Positions 1 to 18,837 of a stretch of 64,000 nucleotides of DNA are shown here, piece after piece; the first letter of the stretch is position 1; each line of letters begins with the position of its first letter. The stretch covers positions 245,899,741 through 245,963,740 of the forward strand of contig CM041465.1 of the NCBI GenBank assembly GCA_023213395.1. The letters run 5' to 3'. The position numbers were made by a program, and so were the translations under genes. The DNA is from Cycas panzhihuaensis (lineage: Eukaryota > Plantae > Cycadophyta). The notes under the pieces were generated by a model that saw only the letters and a program-made list of their open reading frames with translations, did no database searches and was not told the DNA's origin.

Positions 1-401
1 TCTTTTACATTCCTTTTGGTTGGTTTACTTGCTCATATATTTCATTTTATTTCCTTTTATTTTGCTTATTTGATTTATTACTTTAAATGAACTAGTCAAG
101 TGGCTACTCACACAAATAAATATATGTGTAGTAATGTATATATAAATATGTATATTCCTTATCCCTATACTAAGGCACTCCTATGTATACTTTATATAGA
201 TTTGCATTGATTTTATGTAATGATTAATGGTTAGTTAGTAGTTTCCTATATGATCTTGTCTTACATATAAAAGGTCTGGAATAACTCACTTAAGCATAAT
301 AACAAGGATTTGACATCAAGTGGATACATATCCTTAATGTTAAACTAGATAAGAGCCTTATTTATGCCATGTTTAGTTATTTTTAAAAAAGAATAAAAAT
401 A

Positions 402-476
402 GTGTGTGTGTGTGTGTGTGTACATACATACAGACATAAATAAATAAATAAATAAGTATATATATATATATATATG
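402..476. repeat. Compound microsatellite (GT)n/(TAAA)n/(TA)n
   Basis: Directly visible simple repeats. Confidence 0.9.
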
Positions 477-949
477 TTGCAAGTTAACAACTCTTCCTTA
501 TTAAAAGACATTACTTGCTTTCATCACTCATAGGATATATGTTGCTTGTGGTGTGAGATTTTTGATTTTTCCTTAAGTGCATGTTGAATCTAGGTGGTAC
601 ACTGAGTAGGAGAAGTAGACCCCTTTTATTGAGATAACACTTATTATACTTAGCAACTTTTATAATAGAGCTACATAGAGAAGTCTTTGCAATAGTGCTA
701 CATAGAGCAACCTCCTTTAAATGGGCTCTTCTAGCTTACTTAGGTATTATTCTCCTCACACACTTGCATATAAAAGTAAACGTCAAATAATTCATGCTCA
801 ACAATTGTCCTCTATCCCAATTCACTTCTTAAATTTTACTTAAAATGACTACATGAAAGGTCATTGGAAATGAGGTGAAAATCCATTAATAAGGTGAGGG
901 TTTAAGAGTTTCTCCTTGAGGGTCTTATAAATACCTACTTTATAAATGA

Positions 950-1524
950 TCATTTCCTTCACTAAATATTTCTCCTTTTACACACTTAAGTCTAATGTTA
1001 TAATAGTAACCCATGGTTTGACTTAAGGCTATAATACATGGTCCCTCTTAAGGTTATACTGAAACCATAAACTTTCTTAGTATGTTATAACAAGTATTTG
1101 AAAGTGTAGTAGGATAAGAAGTTTACTTGTATATAGATGGTTTTTCTACTTATAATTAAGTCAAAATTATAAAAATTGTAAATTAAAGACTTTATTTTCT
1201 ATTAAATTGGGCATTTTCCCTTATAAAACTATACACTTTGTTTTATCGAATACTTGTATGATATTTTTGTGAATCATTATCTTTAGGTCTAAAGATTTGT
1301 TTGTAATTTTTTTATAATATATTTGGATGATTGTACTTAGTGTGGCTCATTAGTAGATCATATATATAGTCTCTAAGCCATGTTGTGGTATTATAGAGAG
1401 GTGGGTATTTCCATAAATATTAATAAATGCCATTTTTGTTATTATGTGGTGCTTTGTTAGGTTATGTTATTTTCCTAGAAAGTCTTTTAATAAACCCAAT
1501 CAAGCTAAAGGTGATTCTTGAACT
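950..1524 (+). pseudogene. Ty3/Gypsy reverse transcriptase relic, oldest layer, left part
   Basis: Hand translation gives GIFPYKTIHFV (~1210), IIYLDDCT (YxDD at 1320-1331) and GALLGYVIF..INPIKLKVILEL up to the element A TSD. Heavily frameshifted; left boundary approximate. Confidence 0.65.
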
Positions 1525-1704
1525 TTTTGGGTATAATACCTAATTACATAACTATCTTCATTAACACACTCTCTAGATTATTTTATTATATTTAAGGTCT
1601 CCTTGAGTTATGTGGCATACAGAAATGTGTATCAACTCATAATAAGTTGACTAATGAGGGTTCTCACTTATGTAGTGAGTTGTACTATAAGTATGTATAT
1701 TATG
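1525..1704 (+). repeat. Element A 5' LTR, first part (interrupted by B)
   Basis: Aligns by eye to 31645-~31820. Confidence 0.88.
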
Positions 1705-6765
<5,061 letters not shown>

Positions 6766-6775
6766 TTGCCCCCTT
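6766..6775 (-). promoter_or_regulatory. Polypurine tract of B
   Basis: Minus strand reads aagggggcaa immediately before the TG of the 3' LTR. Confidence 0.85.
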
Positions 6776-7359
6776 AGGAGTAAAACCTCGTTGCTTGGAA
6801 GCATTAGGTGATGGTAAATGTTGTTAACACAAACTCGTCAGTAGAAACATGTCTAAAGATAATGTGTCAGTAACCAAAGGAGGCAACAAGTGCTGCGATG
6901 GATCTCATGGATGTGAAACACATGATTGGGAGAGGAACAATAAATATGGATTAGTCAAACCTCTAGGTATGGAGCCCTAGACCCAAAACATATATGAAAC
7001 AAAAGTGAAATAACCTAGGGGAATGCCCAAGATAGTGCCTAGGTGACTACGAGCCCCTAAAGAGTGAAGCAAGATTGGAATCCTTGAAATAAGCTAAAAG
7101 AATAAGAGTAGAGAAAATGAGGGAGTGCCTTATTGCCCTAATATATAATAAAAATTAAACCAATGTTATGATAAATATATAATAAAAACTAAGTCAATGA
7201 TGCAATAAGAGTTGGATCATAGATGATATAGAAATCAAATTAGAAAATAAGGTCTTGGTTACCATAGTTTAGCCTCATTAGTAGCCTCTTTTTAGAGGCA
7301 AGAGAGTGATAAAAATAAGAGAAGGGTGGTAGTCTAAAAAGTTTATGGGAGGAGCTAAA

Positions 7360-7794
7360 CTATTGGGTTGTCTTAGGGGGATCATCCAAGAGTGGGAGAT
7401 GATACTTGAGAATGAGGCGAACTAGGATATCCACTTTAGTATTCTACTTATGAGGGATATGTCAAATATCCATCAAAGGGAAAGAAGATAAGAGAGACCT
7501 AGTGATTAAAGTAGGGGACCTTAGTCGGGGGAAAAGGACTTCGTAAACTTAAGTTAGTTGTGACACCATGACTTGAGAGTCATAAAAGAGGATAATAGGG
7601 CCATGATAGAAGTAAAGCATGTCAGTGAGAGCCTCAATAATGATAGTATACTTCACTTTATTATTCATGGCTTTAAGGAAGTATGTCCTAGAATGCATGA
7701 GGTCATGCCTGGAAGGATCATAGATGATCTAGGTGACTGCGAAGGGTCCAGGGTTGCCATGACTACTGCCATTAGTGTAGATGAGGAGAACCAT
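7360..7794 (-). pseudogene. Additional archaeal-type RNase H (aRH) of Tat element B
   Basis: Single minus-strand frame with internal stops: MVLLIYTNGSSHGNPGP...AMNNKVKYTIIIEAL...IILFYDSQVMVSQL*VYEV...HIPHK*NTKVDIL. This matches the aRH pattern YTDGASRGNPG / TNNxAEY / DSQLVVxQ / HIPRExNxxAD. Missed by the ORF track. Confidence 0.88.
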
Positions 7795-9028
7795 GGCACA
7801 TAAGGACAGATAGAACTTGTAAAGAGAAAGTAGGAAAATATATAAGGTGAAAGAAAATGAGGGGGAGAAAGGCTCTATTATGCATGATAACTTGAAATAT
7901 ATATTATTAGAGGACAGGAGAGCCCTACGAGTAGGCTACAAGGCTTGCAGGGGGCTCACCCTATAGAAGGAGAAGCGTCATTAGGGAATAAGCTCATTAG
8001 TAGGGTTACAAAGTTAGTGCGAGACCAACAAGGAGATTAGAATAAGGGGGAGGCCCTTGTTGGGAGCTCCAACAAGCTGAAACAATTATGAAAATGGGCC
8101 TGACATGTCAAAATGAGTCTTTAGAGTATAAACACTAATATTGTTTTGAGTGGCTAGAGAAGAGAGGAAAAAGGCTTATGTAGAAACCAAAAAAGGCACC
8201 ATAACTATGCGAACCAATGAGAAAAAAGAGCGTCTAGAGGAGGAGCCAAGCTAGCGCTATGAAGGGACTCATGATGAACTCAAGATGATGACCCAAGTGG
8301 CTCTTTCGAGATGAGGAAAGGGCACGATACCCTAGGCCATCTCACTAATAAACAGAAGGCAAAAGATGGAAATGAAATTCATTTTTACATCCTTCTGATC
8401 GATCTTGGAGAGAGACTCCTCTACCACTTCCTTTTACCACCCCATTGCACATCTCGTGGAGGAGATTCGACTGTCGGATCATCACATAGAGATAGTTGAT
8501 AGGACAAGAGCTGAACTATGGCAACGATCAAGTTAAACCCAGTATACTGATTTGAACCCTAGTTTTAATTTTTAACTATTTTTATTTATTGATATTAATT
8601 ACTAGGTAGGGCCCCTTATGGATAGTTTTAGGGCCACCAGAACTCATTTAAGGATCTGAAAGGGGTTGGACTAGGGCATTAGGGAGTCTTGGTCTTAGTG
8701 GACTAGGCTTAGCTATTAAAACTACAAAGTTTTATTTTTATTTTACATTTTTTAAAATTTTGGTTATAGTGTCGTGATCCTATGAACTTTTTTGGGGTGC
8801 CACAAACATTCTAGTGGGGTGAAAGATATATCCGTGAGGCCCACCAATGTATTCATGGTATTATGAATATATTAGCAGGGCCAAGACAGAGTAATGGAAA
8901 AAAATGAAAATCACTTAATTTTTGGATTATTTTTTGATTACTACTATAGCTTATTGATTTGAGAGAGGGCCTAACTGACAGGAGGGATGAGTGGCTATCT
9001 AACAATGATTGTTTATATGTTTTGTAGC

Positions 9029-9800
9029 ATGTTATCATGGTTAATAGTCACATTAATGGATAGATTAAAGAGGGTAGTCCTAAGGAGGTGTGGGCTACTA
9101 AATCTCATTTAAATATTACAGTATGCCTAAGACCAGGATTTGCTACTAGATATCATTTCATATTGGGACCAACAGAGACATGTCTTCCACCTCTCATTAA
9201 TGGGGGATGTTACTATCACACCTAGCAATGTTAGGAGGATCTTAGGAGTGCTAGCTAGTGGTGCACTAGTGGTGCTGGGGACTTTCCCCAACACAGACAT
9301 AACTCATCACAAGGCAGCCTTATTTTTCACTGGTATGGGGTGCTAGACTCGGTGAGGCATTGCGCTTAGGGTTGTCATTATGTCTAACATTCCTCACGTG
9401 AGGAAATTAATCATACCAGCTATTCTATTTCAGATCTCCTAGAAATAGAATTACAAGGAGGTTCCTGGTGGCTAGATGGCTACCATTAGGAGGTGTGAGG
9501 AGGGGGAGCACTTCAATTAGGCTACTTTGATAGTAGCCAATCTAACAGTGCAACTAGATTAGATCTGGGTGACTACATAAGGAGGTTTCTCATTCTTCTC
9601 TCTACTATAGTGTTGGCTCTTTGATCATTTTAGAGGAATGGCACGAACAACAAGACCTCAACCTATCACAATCACCACTCCTATGATCCATATATGGCAG
9701 ATGTGCTTTTAGAGTATAGGAAAGCCAACTCACATTAGGTGGTCAGTGGCTGCCACTTCCCTTGATCTCCTTATGATGGAGGAGTATGTATGAGATTCCT
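9029..9800 (+). pseudogene. Plant mobile domain (PMD, aminotransferase-like/MAIN-like) gene, antisense to pol of B
   Basis: DQDLLLDIISYWDQQRHVFHLSLMGDVTITPSNVRRILG resembles the PMD motif LVERWxxETHTFHLxxGExTITLxDVxxILG. Later FN*ATLIVANL...LL*CWLFDHF resembles the YxW..LA.L..LLQxW motif. An acidic/low-complexity tail follows to ~10900. Confidence 0.82.
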
Positions 9801-11126
9801 ACCACATTGTGCACTGGATGAGTGATGCAAAGGAGGGAGGGGAAGGAGGGGCCCTAAGAGAGGAGCTAAGAGAGAAGGAGGGAGATGGGGTAGCTACTGA
9901 TGATCTAGAGGAGGATGCAACACTAAAAGCTATGACATAGGTAGTCTTAGCTGCAGGAGGAGCAGGGATCCTCAAGGAAGAGGAGATAGAGGGAGGTGAT
10001 GTACCTGCTACTCTAGGGGATCCAGGAATAGGGGGGGCAGCAACTGCAACTAAGGGTATAGCAGTTAGAGAGGTACTTGCTATTTTAAGAGGTGAGATCT
10101 CCCCTTTTCCTTAGCTTTGGTATTTTATTTAATCACTACTTCTTATAGCATTTATTTAGCATGATTTATATATCTTAGATATTAATGAATTTTATATATA
10201 TTCCATACTGATATCTTTAATATACATGGCTGGAAAGTAGAGAGGATATAGGGGAGTTAGTCAGGTAGGTGGCCATAGAGCTCTTCCCACACGTGTATGA
10301 GGAGGGACAACCTTCTATAATAGGTGATGAGGGGCTAAGGTCTACAAGACAGCATGTGGTGATGTTCACTCCCCTTGTATAAGTGTAAGACATGTGGGTT
10401 ACAAAGGCCTAAGAGTCGCTGGTGAGGGAGGACTAGCTCTGAGGATAGAGAGATTAGCTTTAAGGGGAGAGGGACCAACTACAAGCTTAGGTGCAGGCAT
10501 TAGAGACCTAAAGAGGAGGAGTAAGAGATGCCGGTGGTGACATGACGGTCATCATAGTCAAGGAGAGGCTCCATGGGATGGAGAGGGAGTAGGACTAGCT
10601 ACTAGGTGAGAGGGACCAGCTATAGGAGAGATATGATCAATTGGTCAACTAGATAGCCACCTAGTCCTTGTGTAGTAGGACCCATACAATGACACCATCT
10701 TAGAGGAGAGTGAGGGATGTGGAGAGTGAGGCTGGGACCTCATTGAGGAGGATGAGGAGCCTAGGAGGGATGTGGTCTCTAGGTGAGGGAACTGGCAGAC
10801 TAGGAGGAGATATGCCATGATGACCCTGTGCTTCCATTAGGCTATGGTATTGCAAGTTTTGGTGTGAGGAAAGCTTTAGATCTCTAGGGGGCTCCATGCC
10901 ATATATATATGATTATATCCCCTGTAAGGATTCTAGCTTCCTCAGGTACATGGTGCTAATATTTTGTACTATTATTGATCATGTATTTACATAGATAGGG
11001 CCACACTGGTACCTTATTTTTGATATCCATTGCTCCTTATTGTTATTATGGTTATTTTCTTTGATCATGGATATGAATGTAGATATTTGTTTTAGTTATT
11101 GATGAGTATATAGGTGTACATATGCA

Positions 11127-11264
<138 letters not shown>

Positions 11265-11869
11265 ATGCATGGATGCATGATAGATACATGGATGTGCAGA
11301 TGCATGATAGGCATATAAATGTGGATTGGTTTATTTTTATTATGCATGACATTGCATACTCTCTTTATAAGACATGGAATTCACACTAGGCACACATGAT
11401 TACTTTTATATATTAGGCAATCTCACATGGCTCCAAGGTGAGGGGGTCGTATTTCCCTTGGAAGGAAAATAGTGACTCCATATAAAAGAGAGCAAGAGTA
11501 GGTATGAATACCCCAAGGATGGTAAAAGAGATAGAATCCTATTCTTAAAGACCTTCCCAGGTAGTAATTCACGCTTGGGAGTGAGTAGATTTGCTTCCTT
11601 AAGGAAGGAAATAGGCACAAAACATGGAAACATGCCCTTATTATAACATGTTCACCACTACATACATAAAAGAGGGGTTTTTTTTATTGAGGAGATGGGC
11701 AACACCTTGAGGAGGGAGTGTTACCACCTTCTCGGTAGATAGAGCTATTGAACAACTCAAATGTGCATTATGCTCCTAGTAAGGGCCACTAACATTGTAT
11801 TTGAAAGGGTACTTTAGGCTCATTTCAGAGTGAGGGAGATGCCTTCACTCTACTTGGAAGTAGAAGGAA

Positions 11870-14800
11870 TCACCCATAGAATTTCTTTAAAAATCTGTTA
11901 TTTAGGGTTTCGTCAAATTTGAACCCTTCCAATGTGGTTATTCGATAAGAACCATTATCAAGGATCTCAAAGATGAAAAAAGGGCCCATCCATTTGGGGC
12001 CAAATTTGGATAGATACTCGTGAAGATAGAGGACTTAGTCCTTAGGGTGTAAAGGATGAGGATGTAGCTATTTGTCATATGTTCTTTGGATATGAGCCTT
12101 GGATGCGAGGTTAGCCTGATACACAGCCAAGCGTTTCTCGTCTAAAGCTTCAAGGTCAAGGAGGTGCGCCTGGCAACACCATTCCTCATTGATAAAGTCT
12201 TTAAGGGATACCCTTAGAGAAGGGATCTCAACCTTTAGGGGTAAAACTACCTTAGTTCTATAAACCAAGGAGAATGGTGCCATTCTTGTGGTGGCACAAA
12301 TCAAGGTATGATAGGCCCATAATGTCAAATGGAGCTGAAGATGCTAATCCCTTTTGGAGGGTGATAGTTTTCTTTAAGATATTAATAAGGGTCTTATTAA
12401 ATGATTCGACTTGGCCATTAGCCTGGGGGTAATAGGGGGATGACATCTTGTGAGAAATCTTAAATTTCTCACAAAGCTTGTCCATCTCCTTGTTGCAAAA
12501 GGGAGTGCCATTATTCATGATTAGGACATCTGGGACTCTAAATTGATAAATAATATGCTAGTAAACAAAAGTGGCAACTGTCTTGCTAGTAGTAGATGAC
12601 AATGAAATTACCTCAGCCTATTTGGTGAAGTATTCCATGATAGTTAAGATGAATTTATGTTAAGAAAGAGGGTGGAGCGATGGCTCTAATAGGGTCTAAT
12701 CCCCATTAAGCGAAAGATCATAGGGAAATGACAGCATGTAGTGCCTTGGAAGGTAAATGGATCACGTTGGCATGCTCTTAGCATTTACGATAATGTTGCA
12801 CATAGGCATGGGCATTCTTGAACAAGGATGGCCAATAATAGCTCATGTAGAGGATCCTTTGGGCTATGGATTAGCCTCTAAAATGGCCTCCACAAATGCC
12901 ACTATGACATTCATGAAGAATTTAGTTCATCTCCTTAGGGGTGATGCAATGAAAGAGGACGCCATCAAAGGATCACTTGTACAATACATCCTACATGAGG
13001 AAGTATTACCAAGCGGTGGCCCTAATACGTGACTTCACTTTGTCACTCACGTTAGGGGGATATTGTTGTTAGATAAGGTATTATATAATGTCTCCATACC
13101 ATTAACTCATAGCTAATAGATGAGGGGATGAGTGTTGGAGAGCTAGGATAGGCTCATCTAGCAAGGAGTCATTAACTGGAACCTCGAGGGGATTAGGGAT
13201 AGGGGCATCAACTAGTTACTCTGTGACTACCATCCCCTTCTCAGATTTCTTATTAATGATTCTAAGGTTATACTCTTGCAAGAGGATGACCCATTTACCA
13301 GTCCTTCCTATTAGATCTGACTTAGTCAAAAGGTATCTCAATAGATCAGATTGGCTGATCACATAAATGGTGTTACCTAGGAGGTAATGCCTAAACTTCT
13401 TGATAGCATGGACTAAAGCTAGGCACTCCTTCTTGATAGGGAGATAGTTTAGCTCTGTTGCCATGAGGGTATAACTAATGAAGTAGATGACTCTCTCAAT
13501 CTTGGAGTTATCCTCTTGGGCCAGCATGATGCCCAAGGATTCATTAATCACAGAGGTGTATATAATAAAGGGGTAATCGAAGAGGGGAGGTGCCAACATG
13601 AGAGCTAATATGAGAGCTTACTTGAGCTCTTGAAAGACCTCTTAGGCTTTAGGGGATGAGATGAATGGTACTTCCTTCTTCAACATGTTAGTCAATAGTT
13701 TAGCATTTATGGCAAAGTCTACTAGGAAATGCTTGAGAAAGCCCAAGCTCCCTAAGAATGACTTAATTTATCATTGGGTCCTTGGAGGGGGCATGCCAAT
13801 AATAGTTGACCTTATCAAGGTCAATCTAGATTCCTTGCTTAGAGGTGAGGAATCCTAAGAGCTTGCCTACCATCACTGCAAAAATGTATTTAAGCAGGTT
13901 TAGGCTAACCTGATATTTGTGGCATCTCATGAAGATAACATAAAGGTTCATGGGATGGGTACTCCTCTTACATAAGAGCCCCATTATGTCATCCATAAAG
14001 ACCTCGAGGGTCTTGTTTATGAGGTCATGAAAGATAAATTACATCACCCTCTGATAAGTGGTTCTTGCATTCTTTAGATTGAAGGGCATGGCCTTATAGG
14101 CAAATGTTTCCCATAGTGTGGTGAAGGCTATCTTATGATAGTCTTTGGGGGATATCTAGATTTGGTTATATCCAGAAAAATTATCCATTAAGTGCATCAC
14201 TTCAAAACCCTCTATATGATCAATGATTTAATCGATGAATGGTAGGAGGAAGCTATCCTTAGGACATGCATTGTTAATATCTCAGAAGACAATGCAAATC
14301 TTGATTGGCTGATTCTTTTTAGTAATGGGCATAATGTTGGAAACCCTCTTGGGGTAGTCAATAGAAGTGATGAGTCATATATCTAGGAGCTTTTTTACCT
14401 CCATCTTGACAATTGCAGAGAGCTTAGGGTGTAAGGGGCATTATTTTTTATGCATGGGACAAGCACTCGGGATAGTAGTAAGGTTGTGGGTGATGACAGA
14501 GGGGTCAATCCCCTTCATATTAGAGTAATCCCATATAGATACATCTCAAAACTCTCAAACTAAGAGGGTGTACTCTATCTCTTAGGGTGAACATTCTATC
14601 CCAACCTTGGTAACTTTGCTAGGGGCAATGACAATGTCCTTAGTCACCCCAGTATACATGGCATTCTCTTCTTCGAAATGCAGGGGAGCCTAATTGATCA
14701 AAGAGAGAGGAATAATATCTAGATAGTTTGGGTCAACAAGGGGTGACCCTAGAGCTAAGAACTTCTAGAAACCAAGTTTGTGGTGACTGGGAGGTAGGTT

Positions 14801-17800
14801 AGGTGTGGAACCCACTAAGTGCTCCAATATGGTTTCATCATTCTCAAAGTAATCTATCCTGTGGATAGGTTTGCTTAGCAAGAATATGGGATGAGGTAGT
14901 AAAGGGATGATGGGTCTATAACGATCAACCTGCCACTCCATGTAGTTAGGAGACTCCTCAAAGGAGTTAGAGGATAATCTCTTATGCTACTACACCCTAG
15001 CTCATGGAGGTAGAGGTTGACTAAGATTAGAACTGTATGCTATAGACTCACCATGTAAAAGGAAAGACTCTTTGTCCTTATCATCTATGGAGGATGGTGA
15101 AGATTAAGGAGTAAGAGGGGACTAGATGAGCCAAGAGCTTGTGTATGCCCCAAGATCAATTATGTGTGGTTCCCTATATTGGAAAAAGGGGAAAGGATCC
15201 TCATGTGATGCCTTAGGTTAGAATGTAGGATTTTGAGGGGGATGAATAGGGTGCCCCCTTTATATGTTAAGGAGGGATATGGTATGAGGGAGGTCCTTGC
15301 ACTTATTGTTGAACTCATGGTTGCTCAAAATGATGAGATAACCATAGCTCCTAATGCTAATAGAGGTGAAGTAGATAAGCTTAGAGGAGGAAGTACATAC
15401 TCCTTCTACTGGGTAGGTGCTTCAAGCACTAGTAGAGCAGATGATGGATGGAATGGTCAGATCCTCAATTACATTGGTTGATCTAATAATTACCTGGCAA
15501 GGTTAATGAGATGATTGGATAGGAGGAGGCTCCTGAAGGATAACTTTTATTTTCTTTTCATGGGAAAATTTGAGTTTCCCCCATCAAGATGAACAAATGA
15601 CTCCCATCTAGTCAAGCCAAGGATGTCCTAACAAGAGGTTGTAGTCCATATCTATGCTAAGGACTATGATGTCTGTTAATATAATTTTGTCCTCTAGGGT
15701 GAGGGGGATCACCACTATTCCTAAGGGTGCCTTATTGCTACTATTATAGCCTTAGAATCTCCATGTGACTAGCTCGAGGGCCCCTAACCCTAGCTCCTCC
15801 ACCATGCAAATAGGCATGGCATTAACGGAGGAACCATTTTCTACAATGGTCCTCTTTAAGGTATAATCTAGAGTGTCGATAGTAATGGTGAAAGGGTAGT
15901 GCCATTGGCATTCTCTTTCGTTAGTAGGAGGGAGATCCTCAGGGTCAAACATGATAAGAGGTGCTCATTGAATGGATTGGGCATCACCATGACCCAAGGC
16001 TTCTAAGAGGAGGGTGCATTGTTCAGGGCAACTACACAAGACATCCATCACAGACATTCCTACAACTAGAACATGGAGCTCGTCAATGATCAAGAAGGGT
16101 TTCCCCTTCCTAGTAGGTTAGGGAAGCACCCTTTGGAAATTGTAACATCTAGGATAGACATGAATAGTCTTAGGAATCACAGTGATCTTCATGGGTGAAT
16201 TATTCATAGGAGGATTTTATTGAGAAGTGGAAGCTTTAGTAGCCTCCTTAGTAGATTGAGATCTCATAAGGGGGTACAAGGGGGTGGTCTCAAGTATTTG
16301 GATGACTCCTTTCCCCTTGTTTTGGGATTAAGAGGAAGAGGATGGCCAAGAATAAAGGCTTGGGGTCGAGGATGATTCCTTAACCTACTTACCCTTTGTT
16401 TGATTAGGAGGTGGGTCAGGGGATCATCTTCTATTCCCACCCTTTCTGTTCTGGATGGAGCGATTATGTTCCTTATGGTTAGGGAAGGGATCTTTATGGA
16501 CATACTGATCTAAATTGGGTTTGGAAGCCTATTTGGAGGAGGTGTTACATTGAGGGGTGAGATCAGGGTGCTGCACCTAATATTACGAATCCTCATGGAG
16601 GTATCCTTCATGAACGAAATACCACTTCTTCTTAGGAGGAGGTCATGCCTTCCTCCTTGAGAAGTTTGGGCATTCCTACCTCTAGGTGGTATAGTTTGGA
16701 ACACCTGATGAATGGGTCTATGGGGATTGGAAGAAGGTTGGGATAATTAGAGATTTAACTCCTTCATTATATGTTCGAATGAACATATAGCTTGAATCAA
16801 AGGGTCCAAGGGTCTATCCGTTGTATTGGTAGGGGGCCTTGGAGGCTATTGGGATCTTTGGTTGCACAACAGAGGGAGTGCCTCATGTTGTTGTGATAAT
16901 CTAAGAGGGTTCTTGAGACCCACCTGGATCTTAATAGCCTCAAAGTACCAAGCATTTTGCTATGGTAGATTCACACATCATTGCCCCCATTTTAAGGACT
17001 ACAACATGGACTATGGGTCTAAGGGTATTCATGAAGATATCCCTCTTCAACTCTTCAGGCAGCATGGCCTTCATAGAGTGGAGGAGGTTGTGAAAATACC
17101 AGATGAAATCACAATCTATTTCATCACGAACTCATTTAAGAGAGAGTAGGTCTTTGACCCCACTCTCAAAGGGGAAATCCACATCAAAGTAGTTGACAAA
17201 CTCATCCACAAGCTATTGGAAGGAATGGATGGAGTGGGCAAGGAGATGATAGAACCATTTTAGAGCATCTCCTTGTAAAGAACAAGGAAATAATTTCATA
17301 AGGATGTGGTCATAGGCCCAATAATCTATGCATGCCATAGCAAAGCCCCTCATGTACTTAGTTAGGTCTTGTAATAAGGTGCTATTAAATTTAGGCACCT
17401 CAGGAGTGTGAGGTAGCAGGTTGGTCCAGAGTGCCTCAATCAAAAGTGGGATTGACCTATAGTCAATGAAAGGGTGAATCCCTAGTTGAGTTAAAGGGTT
17501 AACTAGAGGTAAGGGAGGAGGCAGATATGGATATCCAACTCCTCCTTAAGGGGTTTGGGCATATGAGAAATAAGGATTCGCACCTGTATGGTGGGAAGGA
17601 GCCATTCCCATTTGAAGGTAGGTTGGATAGGAGGAAGGTAGGTGAGACGATCCCATTCTGCCTTGAGGGTATACCCTTTGTTAAGGTGGCATATGAGAGT
17701 AAGGGTCATGAGGGGGAACATATCCTCTTCTAGAAGGTATCATACATGGAGTTGAATATAAATATGGGGAAAAGGGATGAGGTGTAGGTTTTTTCCCATA

Positions 17801-18690
17801 TGGGCCACCCATAGGAGGTGCAACTCCATAAGGGTGTAGCGAATCCACCCCATAGATTAGGAGAGGGTTTATCCCTCCATGCCCCCATGGTTGGGATGTA
17901 TACCTTAGGGGTACATAAAGGGAAGAGTCCACTAATTGTGGACAAGGGCACATAGGGACAGGTCCTACATGGCCTATAGATTAAGGATATGAGGGTATCT
18001 TGGGTTGCATGAAAGGGGTGTGGACCATGGTAGGTTAAGGCGTGGTTGCTTGGTTTAGGAGGGGCATGCTTAATCCAAATTGGGATATGGGCATCCCCTA
18101 TGACACACCTTAGTTATGAGGAGTATACAAAGAAGAGGAGATGATAGGAGTGGCTCCTACCATTGCTATGGATGGTGGTTGAGATGAAATAGAAGCCACA
18201 AGTATAGAATAGGATGGAGCAATGCTATAAAGGAGGCCATCCAACTACTTCAGAGCTGGTTGAGTGCTTACAACTCCAAAGCATTATGATAATGCCTCTA
18301 CTATATCTATGGGAGGGATTCTTGCCTATTCATATGAGGTGGAAGGCTCCTTGTATGATGCAAGACCCACAGGTTGGTCCTCATGGGAACTATCACCAGG
18401 GTGATAATATCCCATAGAGGCATATGCACATATGTCGTGCATAGGGAGTGGGTAAAAATCTAGATACTCTTTGACACCCTGATAAAAAATAGGATCCTCA
18501 CCCTTTGGGGTAGGATCTTGAAGGGAACAATATGTTTGGGCTTGGGATTTAGAGACATAGGCATGATATACCCACTCTAATGGATATCCCTCCATTGTTG
18601 ATTCAGAATCAAATGAGGGGATAGGGGAATATGAAGGTTCTTCTGAGACAGGAGAAAGGCCATGTAAGCAATGGGAGAAATGTCGCATTC
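11870..18690 (-). pseudogene. gag-pol of B: gag ~18690-16500, protease ~15950-15560, RT ~14560-13860, RNase H ~13600-13216, integrase ~13080-11870
   Basis: gag LMKLFPCSLQGDALKWFY; protease RTIVENGSSVNAM..YNLLLGHPWL; RH ELNYLPIKKECLALVHAIKKFRHYLLG; INT NNGTPFCN..SPYYPQANGQVESFNK; GPY/F region KFGPKWMGPF. Many stops and frameshifts. No aRH between RH and INT. Confidence 0.93.
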
Positions 18691-18837
18691 ATGTCTCACC
18701 TAAAATTCACGGAATGGACAAGGTAAATGAAATGATGAAGGCATTGGGGTCTACCCAATAAATCAAAGAGGTATAGAAAGAAGAGATGGAGGCTAACACT
18801 ACAACCAAAAGAGTTATGGTTTTCCCTTACTAGCGGT

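Noticed and set aside
7573-7803. 76-aa plus-strand ORF
   Set aside because: Antisense shadow of the minus-strand aRH pseudogene.
12757-17733. Plus-strand ORFs within B pol (12757, 13661, 15233, 16826, 17527)
   Set aside because: Antisense shadows of gag-pol with no recognisable motifs.
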